Shown here: positions 34,122 to 46,746 of the stretch, one piece after another | Position numbering within the stretch: the stretch's first letter is position 1 | Layout: each line of letters begins with the position of its first letter | NCBI RefSeq assembly: GCF_009914755.1 | Contig: NC_060932.1 | Length of the DNA stretch: 64,000 nt | Source: the human T2T-CHM13v2.0 reference genome, Homo sapiens | Strand: one strand, 5' to 3' | Position numbers and translations under genes: made by a program | The notes under the pieces: model-generated | The model's database searches: none | What the model was told of the DNA's origin: nothing | Seen by the model: the letters and a program-made list of their open reading frames with translations, nothing else

Positions 34122-36455
34122 TAGGTATACCTTGAATACATGGTGGTTTCAGTTCTAGACCACTGCAATAAATTGAATATCACAATAAAGGGGGTCACAA
34201 ATATTTTGGTTTCCCAGTGTATATAAAAGTTACATTTATACTGTACTCTCACCAATTAAGGGTGCATTATCTCTATAAAAACAAAGTACATAATTTAATT
34301 TAAAATATTTTATTGCTAAAAAATGTGAACAGTCATCTGAGCCTTCAGTGAGTTATAATCTTTTTGCTGATGAAGACTGCTGCCTTAATGTTGATGGCTG
34401 CTGCATGATCCGCAGTGGTGGTAACTGGAGGTTGAGGTAGTTGTAACAATTTCTTAAAACAAGATAACACATCTGTTCCATCAATTGGCTCTTCCTTTCA
34501 CAAAAGTTCTCTGTAGGATGTGATGCTATTTGATAGTATTTTGCCCCCAGCAGAACTCTTTCAAAATTGAGTCAATACTCTCAACTACTTTATCAATTAG
34601 ATTTATGTAATATTATAAATCCTTTGTCGTCATTTCAACAGTGTTCATGGTATCTTTACTAGGAGTAGCTTTCATCTGAAGAAACTATTGTCTTTGCTCA
34701 TTCTTAAGAAGCAACTCCTCATATGTTCAAGTTGTATCATGAGATTGTAGCAATTAAGTCACATCTTCAGGCTCCACTTCTAATTCAAGTTCTATTGCTC
34801 TTTTCACCAAATTTGGTGTTACTTCCTTCACTGAAGTTTTGAACCTTTTAAAGTCATCCATGAGGGCTGGAACCAACTTTTTCCAAGTTCCTGTTAATAT
34901 TTTGATGTCCTCCCATGAGTCACAAATGTTCTTAATGAAATCTGAAATGAATCCTTTCCAGAAGGTTTTCCATTGCCTTTGTCATCAGAGGAATCACTAT
35001 CTATGGCAGCAACAGCTTTATGAAATGTATTTCTTAAATAATAAGACTTAAAAATCAAAATTAGACCTTGAACCATAAGCTACAGAATGGAGGTTGTGTT
35101 AGCAGGCATGAAACCAACAATTAACCTCCTTGTACATCTTCATCAGAGCTCTTGGGTATACAGGTATATTGTCAATGAGTGATAATATCTTCAATGGAAT
35201 TTTTTTCTCTAAGCAGTAGGTCTCAACAATGGGCTTAAAATGCTAAGTAAACCACGCTGTAAACAGATGTGTTGTCTGCTAGGCATTGTTATTCCATTTC
35301 TAGAGCACAGGCAGAGTAGATTTAGCAAATTCTTAAGGACGCTAGGATTTTTGAAACAATAAATGAGCACTGGTTTTATCTGAAAGTCACCAGATGCATT
35401 AGCACCTAATAAGAGGTTCAGCCTGTCCTTTGAAACTTAAAAGCCAGGCATCAACTTCACTCTAGCTCTGAAAGTGCTAGATGGCATCTTCTTTTAATAG
35501 AAGGCTGTTTCATCTACATTGAAAATCTGTTGCTTAATGTAGACATGTTCATCAGCTATCTTACCTGGATCATGTGGATAACTTGCTGCAGCTTCTTCAT
35601 CAGCATTTGCTACTTCACTTGCACTTTCATGTATGGAGGGGGCTTCTTTCCTTAAACCTCATAAATCAACCTCTGCTAGCTTACAAACTTTTTTTCTGCA
35701 GCTTCTTCACCTCTCTCAGCCTTCACAGAATTAAAGAGAGTTAGGGCCTTGCTCTGGATTAGGCTTTAGCTCGAGGGATGTTGTGGCTGGTTTGATCTTC
35801 TATCCAGACCACACAAACTTTGTGCATATCAGCAATAAGGCTGTGCCACTTTCTTATCATTCATATGTTAATGGGAGTAGCACTTTAAATGTTCTTCAGG
35901 AACTTTTCCTCTGTATTTTCAATTTAAATATTTGGTGCAAGAGACCTAGTTTTTGGCTGATTTGGGCTTTCAATATGCCCTCACTAAGCTTAATTATTTC
36001 TAGGTTTTGATCTAGAGAGACCCATGACTCTTTTCTTTGCTTGAACACTTAGAGGTTATTAATTGTAAGGTTGTTAATTTGGCATAATTTCAATATAGCT
36101 GTGTGTCTCAGGAAATAGGGAGGCCCAAAGAGAGAAGAGAGAAGGGTGAATGGCCAGTGAGTGGAGCAGTCAGAACACACGGAAAATTTACCAATTAAAT
36201 TTACAATCTTCTATGGGTGTGGTTTGTGGTGCCCCAAGCCAGTTATAGCAGTAACATCAAAGATCCCTGATGGCAGATCACCATAACAGATATAATAATA
36301 ATGAAAAAGTTTCAAATGTTGCAAGAATTACGAAAATATGACTGGAAAATTGGCACTAATACATTTTCTAGATGCAGGGTTGCCACAAACCTTCAATTTG
36401 TGAAACAACAACAAGGCGAGGTATCTGCAAAGCACAATAAAATGAAGTGTGCTTG
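34122..36455 (-). mobile_element. Tigger1 (TcMar-Tigger) DNA transposon, near full length, decayed transposase
   Basis: Degenerate TIRs taggtatacctt / gaagtgtgcttg flanked by TA at 34120-21 and 36456-57. Antisense peptides such as [20 protein letters not shown]...GKPSGKDS match Tigger1 transposase. Confidence 0.92.
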
Positions 36456-36889
36456 TAACAGCTTTAGGTGTGAGGACATGTGAGTCTTCCAACTTATTAT
36501 CTAGTATTTTTGCCCCAAACACTTTTACACTTCGGGTAGGCGAGGCTTCTTGGGGCTGGCTGCTTAGGCCTCCGTGATTCCTGATTAAGGAATCCCCATC
36601 TTCAGACACATAGGTTTTACCTATCCCCACATGGCAAATTAGTAACCATTCATCCATCCACAATCTACTGTTTCTCATTGTTGTAGTTATAAAATGAGTA
36701 AAAATTATGCATTGCATTTGATAACTATTTTAATTCTCTTTTAGACAAAAATAATGCTCTGATTCCTATGAACTTCTGATTCCTCCTTTGTTGCTGGGTT
36801 TTGCTTTGTTTTGTTTTTCACTCGACTCATTTTATACTAGCTAAAATGGAAATGGAAAAGGGCATGTAATCTTGTATAAGGAGATATGG

Positions 36890-37045
36890 GGTCTGCCTCC
36901 TGATAAATTGTCAGTCTGGCCTTGGCCAAGTTACTTAATATTTTTGAGACATAGTTTTCTCACACATAGTATGGGAATAACTTACAGCAAGGTCAGCTAG
37001 TTGTGATGAGGAGACGACACCTCTGAATGAAGTTAGCCAACTGTC
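36890..37045 (+). mobile_element. MIR fragment
   Basis: ccttggccaagttacttaa...agttttctca...atgggaataa matches the MIR core. Confidence 0.55.
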
Positions 37046-37784
37046 ATGTGAAATACAAATAACATTGCTTTTCTGGTACCATTGCATTCCTTACTGACAT
37101 TTAACTCTATCTCTTAATTTCTTTCATTTCAGAGACAGATTTTGTATGAGGGAAGCAACAAGAAATGTCCTCTTGGAAAACACTGAGTGCTAAGAAGGCC
37201 CCATGAATGATTTTACTGATAAAAAGAAAGAAGAGGTTTTTAAAACACCAGCCAAGCCAATTTCTCTCCCTCACTATAATACAGAGCTGAACTTTAAAAC
37301 TTGAATAGAATCATTGTTATCTTTTTATTTTAACATTTGGTAGGACAATTTCTGAAACCAGGAAAGCTAGTTTCCAAATTATACACAGGCCTGCATTAAT
37401 TGCTATATCACAAGAAACTCCAAAAATCCTTCAGGAATGTCATTTACACATATGTCCAATAATAATGTGTATTTCCTGATGGCTTTCAGAATGAATATTA
37501 GGATTCTATGGAAAATAGTTAACATAAAATTGATTAGTGAACTAGAACTTTCAAATAAATTTTAATATAAATATAACAAGAAAAGTGAACAAACTATAAG
37601 TACACATCTTCATAATTTTCATAAAATAAACACACCCATGTAACCAATGCCCAAATTAAGAGCTATTACCAGAACTCTTCAGTCTCACCTCATTTTTCAC
37701 CCAGTCACACTCCTCATTCAAAGAAACCACTACTGGATTGCTAAAGCTATCACTTAGTTTTGCTTGCTGCTTTTTCTTGATTTT

Positions 37785-38250
37785 TTAAATATTGAGGTGT
37801 AATTTACATATAATAAAATTCACAAATCTTAAGTGTTCAGTTATACGTTTTGAAAATTATATGTACTCATTTAATCACCACCCAACACAAGAAGAGAGCA
37901 TTTAAATCTCTTCAGAAGTATCTATCATGTTACTTTACAATCACTTCTCCCTCCTTCTCCTCACTCACAACATCCATTGTGAGGCACAATCATTTTCTTA
38001 TTTTCATCATCACAGGTTAGCTTTCCCAATTTGGGGGGACTTAATAGAAATATAATCACACATATCAAATTCCATTGCACCTATTTTCTTTCAGTCAAAA
38101 TAATATGCTTGAAATTCACCTATGTTGTGTGTATTGACATTTGGTTTTTTACCACTGCTAGGTAGGATTCAATTTATGAATATAACACAGTATGATTATC
38201 TATCTTCCTGCTGATAGACATTTGGGTTATATGCCCAGGCTTGGACTATT
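37785..38250 (-). mobile_element. L1M 3' end
   Basis: tattgaggtgtaatttacata is an antisense L1M terminus; also tcctgctgatagacatttgggtt. Confidence 0.7.
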
Positions 38251-38279
38251 AATCAACAAAACTCCTACAACTGACAACA

Positions 38280-39080
38280 AGGCAAAGATTTCCTCTGTAA
38301 CCATTTTATTTAACAGTCTTGAGAGTTTTAGCTAGTGAATAGGCAAAAAAGAAACAAAGTGCTTACACAGTAGAAAGTATGAAATAAAACTGTCCCTTTT
38401 TTTAGATAACATGATTGTCTACCTAGAAAATCCAAGAAATCTACACAAAAAATTATTGAACAAATATGTGGATTCAGCAGGAATGCAGGATATAAAGTAA
38501 ACATATAAAAATTAGCTGCATTTTTATACATAGGCAATGAATATGTGGAAACAAATTAAAAACATAATGGCACTTGCAATCATTTAAGAAATGAAAGGCT
38601 TAAGTGCAGATATAATAAAATACATACAGGATTTGTATGCTTATAACAACAAAATGCTGATGGAGAAAATCAAAGAAGACCTAAATAGAGATGAACTATG
38701 TTCATGGATTGGAAGACTGAATGTAGTAAATATTCCAATTCTATGCAAATTAATATTTTTATCAAAATCCTGGTTTTTTTTTGGACAAATTATTTTAGCA
38801 TTTTTATGGAAAAGCAAAGAAACAAATAGCTAAAGCAAATATAAAAAATATAAATGAAATGGGAAGAATCACTTTACCTGATTTTCAGTCTTATATAGCT
38901 ATGTTAAGAAAACTTGTGGGGTATTTGTGTAGTTAAAGACAGATGTAGCAGAATAGAGAACCCACGAATAGGCCAACACAAAAACGCTCAACTGAGTTTT
39001 GACAAATGTGCAAAAGCAATTTAATGGAGGAAAGATACCCTTTTTAAGACATGATGCTGGCATAATTGGGTATTTATAGC
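38280..39080 (+). mobile_element. L1M ORF2 fragment
   Basis: Peptide KIKEDLNRDELCSWIGRLNVV and the block atgattgtctacctagaaaatcc. Confidence 0.78.
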
Positions 39081-42000
39081 CCCAAGGGTTATGGGCAAAG
39101 AGCATAGAACAATATTTGGTTCTTTAACTACTAGCTACTTTTAGTTAGCAAAATATTTTCAAGTTTCATTTTAAGCCCTTCAAAAAAGAATTTCCCCTCC
39201 CCCCTCTACTTTTTTTTCCTCTTTTTTATTTTATTTTATTTTTCCAAGATTGCAGATTGGAGGCAGTGTTAGTGTGCCTCTCCCACTTGGAAGGACAGAA
39301 TAATCTGTAGAGATACACACTGTAAATCATTTTCCCAAGAATCAACACAGGAACTTAAAGGGAAATCAAAAGAATCCACAAACTCTTTGAAAGAAGTGGC
39401 AGGCTGCAGCCTATTCTATGAGTAAGGTGAAAAACTAAGTCCCCAGAGCGTAAGATGGGGAGACACTGTCTCTAGGATACACATCCCCACTGGGAAATTT
39501 GAAAATCCAGGCCATAGGAGAAGGCCTTACCCTTACCCAGAGTTGGAACTAATTTGGGGAGCAGTTAGAAATCATAATAAATTAACCCAATCAAAGATAA
39601 AGAAAAAAGAATAAAAAATAGCAAAGCCTCCAAGAAATATGGGGTTATGTAAAACAGTCAAACCTAAGAATAATTGGTGTTCTTGAGGGAGAAGAGAAGC
39701 CTAAAAGTTTGGAAAACTTATTTAAGGAAATGATTGAGGAAATCTTCCCCAGCCTTGTTAGAGATTTAGATATCCAAATACAAGAAGTGCAAAGAACTCC
39801 TAGGAAATTCACTGCAAAAAGATCTTTACCAATGTACACAGTCATCAGGCTATCTAAAGTCAACACAAAGGAAAGAATTCTAAGAGCTGTGAGACAAAAG
39901 CATCAGGTAATCTATAAAGGAAAACCTATCATACTAACAGCAGACTTCTCAGCAGAAATCTTACAAGCTAGAAGGGATTGGGGTCTTATCTTTAGCCTCC
40001 TTAACCAGAATGAGTGTCAGAAAAGAATGTTATATCTAGCAAAACTAAGCTTCATATGAAGGAGAGATAAAGTCTTTTTTGGACAAACAAATGCTGAAGG
40101 GATTTGCTACTACCAAACCAGCACTACAAGAAATGCTATAAGGAGTTCTAAATCTTAACACAAAAGCTCAATATGCACCAAAATAGAACTCCCTGTAAGC
40201 ATAAAACTCACAGGGCCTATAAAACAATAACACAACGAAAAATACAAAGTATCTAGATAACAACTAACATGATAAATAGAATAGTATCTCACATCTCAAT
40301 ATTAACATTGAATGTAAATGGCCTAAAGGTTCCACTTAAAATATACACAATAGCAGAATGGATAAACATCCACCAACTAAGTATTTGCTGTCTTCAAAAG
40401 ACTCACCTAACACATACAAATTCATATAAACTCAAGGTAAAAAGGTGGAAAAAGATATTCCACACAAATGGAAGCCAAAAGTAGGTAGGAGTAGTTATTC
40501 TTACATCAGACAAAATTGATTTTAAAGCAACACAGGAAAAAAGACAAAGAAGAACATTATATAATGATAAAAGGATCATTCCAACAAGAAGATATTGCAA
40601 TTCTAAATTTCTATATACCTACATGGAGCTCCCAAATTTATAAAACAATTACTACTAGACTTAAGAAATGAAATAGACAGCAACACACTGTTAGTGGGGA
40701 ACTTCCATAGCCCACTCACAGCACTAGACAGATCACCAAGACAGAAAGTCAACAAATAAACAATGGACTATACCCTAGAACAAATGGACTCAGCAGATAT
40801 TTATAGAACATTCTTCCCAACAACTGTAGAATATACATTCTTCTCATCAGCACATGGATAGACCCATATGATAGGCCACAAAACAAGTCTCAATAATTTT
40901 AAGAAAATTGAAATCATACCAGTATCTTCTCAGACCACAGTGAAATAAAACTGGAAATCAACTCAAAAAGAACTTTCAAACCTATACAAATTCATGGAAA
41001 TTAAATAATCTGCTGTTGAATGATTTTGGGGTTAACAATAAAATCAAAGGTAAAATTTAAAAATTCCTTGAAATGAATAATAGTGACACAAGTTATCAAA
41101 ACCTTTGGGATATGGCAAAGACAATGCTAAGAGGAAAGTTCATAGTATTAAATGCCTACATCAAAAAATCTGAAAGAGCACAAATTGACTATGTAAAGTC
41201 ACACCCCAAGTAATTAGAGAAACAGGAACAAATAAAACCCAAAGCCAGTAGAAGAAAAGAAATAACAAAGATCAGACCAAAACTAAATAAATAAAATTGA
41301 CACAAAAATTACAGAAGATAGATGAAACAAAAAGCGGGTTCTTTGAAAAGATAAACAAAATTGATAGACCATTAGTGAGATTAACCAAGAAAATAAGAGA
41401 GATGATCCAAATAAGCTCAGCTAGTAAATGAAACTGGAGACACAAAAGTTTATTCAAGGCTACTATGAACACCTTTACATGCACAAACTGGAAAATCTAG
41501 AGGAAATGGATAAATTACTAGAAACATACAACCCTCCTGGATTAAATCGGGAAGAAATAGAAACCCTGAGCAGAACAATAACAAGCAGTGAAATTGAATC
41601 AGTAACGAAAAAATTGCCAACAAAAGAAATCCAGGACCAGATGAATTCATAGCTGAATGCTACCAGACATTCAAAGAACTGGGGCCAATCCTACTGAAAC
41701 TATTCCAAAATATAAAGAGGTGATGTTCCCTAAATTGTTCTATGAATCCAGTATCATCCTGATACCCAAACCAGGAAAGGATTTAACAAAAAAAGAAAAC
41801 TGAAGACCATATCCCTGAGCAACACTGATGCAAAAATCCTCAACAAAATACTAGCCAACTGAATCCAACAGCACATCAGCAAGATAATACATCATCATCA
41901 AGTGGGTTTCATCTCAGGGATGCAGAGATGGTTTAATGTATGCAAGTCAGTAAATAAATCAAATAAACAATTAAAAACAAAAACCACAGGATTATCTCAA

Positions 42001-42791
42001 TAAAAGCAGAAAAAGCATTTGATAAAATCCAGCATACCTTTGTGACAAAAACCCTCAACAAACTAGGCATAGAAGGGACTTACCTCAAAGTAACGAAAGT
42101 CATGTGTGACAAGCCCACAGCAAACATACTGAATGGGGACAGGTTTAAAGCATTGCCACTGAGAATTGGAACAAGATAAGGACACCCACTTTCATCACTT
42201 CTATTCAACATAGTACTGGCAGTCCTAGCCAGAGCAATCAGGCAAGAGAAAGAAAGAAAGAGCATCCAAATGGGAAATGAGGAAGTCAAACTGTTGCTGT
42301 TCACCAATGATATGATTGTATACCTAGAAAACCTTAAAGACTTATCCAAAAGGCTTTTAGGTCTGATAAATGTATTCAGTAAAGTTTCATATTACAAAAT
42401 CAATGTACAAAAATCAGTATCACTACTGTATACCAACAATGAACAAGCTAAGAATCAAATCAAGAACCCAATCCCTTTTACAACAGCAGCAAAAACAAAC
42501 AAACAAACAAAACTCTAAGGATATACTTAAGCAAGGAGGTGAAAGACCTCTACAAAAGAAAACTACAAAACACTGCTGAAAGAAATTATGTATGACAGTG
42601 GTCGGCAACATTTTTGGCACCAGGGAGCAGTATTGTGGAAGACAATTTTTCCATGGACTGGAGTGAGAGCAGGTGGATGGGGAGGGGGTTGGTTTCGGGA
42701 TGAAATTGTTCCACCTCAGATCATCAGGTGTTAGATTCTCATTAGGAGCGAGCAACCTAGATCCTTCACAAGTGCATTTCACAACAGAGTT

Positions 42792-43442
<651 letters not shown>

Positions 43443-44616
43443 CTGTGAGAATCTTATGTCATCACTGATCTGACAGGAGGCAGAGCTCAGGCAGTAATAC
43501 TCACCTCCTGCTGTGTGGCAGGTTTCTAACAAGCCACTGACTGGCGCCAATCTGCCACCTGGGGGTTGTGATCCCCTGATATGTGACATAAACAAATAGA
43601 AACTCATCCCAAGCTCATGGATAGGAGAATCAATACTGTGAAAATGACCATACTGCCCAAAGAAATCTACAGATTTCAATACAATTCCCATCAAAATACC
43701 ATCATCATTTTTCACAGAATTAGAAAAAAAATCCTAAAATTTATATGAAAACAAAAAAGAGCCCACATAGCCAAAGCAATACTAAGCAAAAAGAACAACT
43801 CTGGGGCATCACATTACCAGACTTTAAATTTGGTAACTGCAAGGCTGCAGCTACCAAAACAGGATGGTACTGGTATAAAAAGAGGCACTTAGACAAACGG
43901 AACAGAATAAAGAACCCAGAAATGAAGCAAAATACTTATAGCCAACTGATATTTGACAAAGCATACAAAAACATTAATTGGGGAAAAAGGCCTTATTCAA
44001 TAAATGGTGCTGGGAAAACTGGCACGCCGCATGTAGAAAAATGAAACCGGAGCCCCATCTCTCATCTTATACAAAAATCAACTCAAGATGGATCAAAGAC
44101 TTAAGTCTAACGCCTGAAACCATGAAAATGCTAGAAGATAACATTAGCAACACCCTTCTGAACATTGGCCTAGGCAAAAAATTCATGACTAAGACCCCAA
44201 AACCAAACCCAACAAAAACAAAAATAAATAAATGGGACCTAACTAAACTAAAAGCTTCTGCACAGTAAAACAAGTAATCAACAGAGTAAACAGACAACCC
44301 ACAGAGTAGGAGAAAATATTTGCAAACTATGCATTCAACAAAGGACTAATATCCGGAATCTACGAGGAACTTAAGTCAGCAGAATAAAACAATCTTATCA
44401 AAAAGTGGGCAAAAAACATGAATAGACTATTCTCAAAAGAAGATATACAAATGGCCAAGAAACATATAAGTGCTCAACGTCTCTAATTATTAGGGAAATG
44501 CAAATTGAAACCACAGTGCAATACCACCTTATTCCTGCAAGAATGGCCATAATTTAAAAATTAAAAAATAATAGATGTTGGCATAAATGTGGTGAAAAGT
44601 TTAAGGAGATAATATA

Positions 44617-44618
<2 letters not shown>

Positions 44619-44655
<37 letters not shown>
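44619..44655. repeat. (AT)n microsatellite
   Basis: Read directly. Confidence 0.95.
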
Positions 44656-44656
<1 letters not shown>

Positions 44657-44876
44657 CAAATATATAAATATACATATCTTTAAAAAATATAAGGTGGGTA
44701 AGTAGCAAGAAATATTAATAAATTGTGAGGGGAGGGTGTTAGAACGCTTTGGTTCCATGTAGAACAAACTCTGAAGGGTAATTAATGTTCCAGAGTCTGA
44801 ATGCTAGTATCCTTTGAACTTTCATGTGTCCTGTGGTGTCAGGGTGAGGACTGGATTTCTCTTCTATCACAGATAC

Positions 44877-45474
44877 TGTTAAATATAGTGACCCCCAAGT
44901 TTCTCTTCAAAGAATCAGTATGTCAGTATGTTCAGCTCTCTTATTCTTTGACTCTCCATTTTAAAGTTTAACTTCTTGGTTCTCTTTGCTCCCTTCCTTC
45001 TAGTTTCAGTAAACAACTTTCCCGCCAGTCCTAATCAGTAGTTCACGTCTGTTTCCCTTGTCACCTGCTTTGACCTGAGTCACCCTAGTCACCTGTTTTG
45101 ACCTGAGTCACCCCTGGTCACCCGCTCCATCCTGACTCATCCTGAGCCACCAGTTCTGTAACCGCCCTTCCTGCCAAACTACTCACCCCACTACTCTGGC
45201 TCGTAGTCCTGCTCTTTTTAAAATAGCCAATCAGAATTAGCTTAGACTGTGAGGTCCAACCCTAGCCAATAGGGGAATGACACAGCAGTAGGGCCCTGTG
45301 TCAGGAATAAGCACTCCTTCCCCTCCCCTGTCCAGGTGTGCTGTTGCCATTGTTCCATCCGTGAGGAGCACCCTTTCTGCAGAAAGCAAAAATTGCCTTG
45401 TTGAGAAAATTAAATTTATGTTCGAGTGCTATTTCTTTGCAGCACCAGGGAGCAAGCATTTTACATTTCTAACA
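44877..45474 (+). mobile_element. LTR10 (LTR10C-like, HERV-I/ERV1) solo LTR
   Basis: TGTTA...TAACA termini with perfect TSD GATAC (44872-76, 45475-79). 5' block tttctcttcaaagaatcagtatgtcagtatgttc; two CCAAT boxes. Confidence 0.88.
45060..45149 (+). promoter_or_regulatory. AP-1 motif array in ~28-bp LTR10 tandem units
   Basis: TGAGTCA at 45076-82 and 45104-10, TGACTCA at 45133-39. Activity is untested. Confidence 0.6.
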
Positions 45475-46415
45475 GATACCACCAGCCAGATTTATACCTG
45501 CTCTAGTCAAGGCAGACTTTACCCTTTCCTCTCAAATTTCTCTTGTCCCTGGTTCCCCAAATTCAGAGGAACTAGAAGAAGAGTAAATATGGTAAGTAGT
45601 CAAGCACAGGGAATTAAACATGCCCCACCCACCCACACACACTTTCATGCTAGTTCATGAAAATATGGAATACAGTCAGTACCAAATTGGCTGCTGGTTG
45701 CAAGAAAATCTAAATTGAACCTGAATTTTGATATTAGATTTTACTGAACTATTTAATACCTGCAAATTTGACTATTCTAACACCAAAATCTAACAAAGAA
45801 AGTGATGGAATATTCCAGATATATTATTTGGGGCAGAGAAGGAAGATCAGATAAAAGTATTGAGATTTACAGTTTTTTTTTTAAAAAAACTGTTTCCTGA
45901 ATGGTTTACATTAAATTTAATCTGTTCATTGAACTGGTTAAAGTAGTTTTCCCAAAGCTAGTAGTTAATTCTTATTTATTGCTTGTCTCCTTACTCTCCT
46001 TGCTGGTTTCTGTCTGAATAGATACTTGCCCACTTCAAGGATCCTGCTGGGAAGGATAAAGACCCTAAACTTGACCCTTTTGACTTAGACATTTTTCATG
46101 GTTTACAAAATACGTTGTATGTAGTCAACCTTCAATACTTAATATAAACTGACACTATGACTATTTGTTTCAGAGGTTTCCTGAGAATAGAAAGAAATGT
46201 ATAACATGTCTTTTTTTTTTTCTAGCATGAGCATGTTTTCTTCTTGTGTTGTGATTCCTTTCTTCTTGACTGGCCAAACCTTACCTCTCTGGACTCTATA
46301 TCCACTCTTTTGTCTGTTTCCCACTCACTCTTATAAAGCTGTTGCTGTTTTGTTAAGAACACAACTAAATGTGACACTTCATGATAGGTTTTCCAAGCAT
46401 GTGACACTCCTATTC

Positions 46416-46746
46416 TGCACTCACTTCTAAGAATAGCACTCCAATCTGCTGTTGTATGTCTTTATTCCCACCAGAATCTATGGAATATAAGTGTAGGAGC
46501 AGTCTCTCTCTTAATCTCTGCTATAATTCCAGTGTCTGGAAAACTACCTGGAACTTAGTGGTCTCCCAGGGTTTAAAGCATTAAAACAAATCAAATTTCT
46601 TACCAAATACTTAGTTTTTCCTCCCAGCAACACATCTTCTAACACTATTTTCTGCCTTCAATTGTGTGTGAACTTAATATTTTTATTTACATTTTTCACT
46701 GGGATTTAGTGTGTAATAAAAAGCCACTGAAATCATTGTCACAATC
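46416..46746 (+). repeat. Donor copy of the segment duplicated into MER1B (partly L2 3'-like)
   Basis: Matches 42792-43442 once the Alu is removed. Confidence 0.93.

Noticed and set aside
37785-39080. Opposed L1 pieces as a twin-priming inversion
   Set aside because: The L1 coordinates of the two pieces appear far from contiguous and no TSD is visible, so two separate old fragments cannot be excluded.
45050-45150. ~28-bp repeats as a CRISPR-like array
   Set aside because: The units are tandem with no unique spacers, lie inside an LTR10, and the DNA is eukaryotic with no cas genes.
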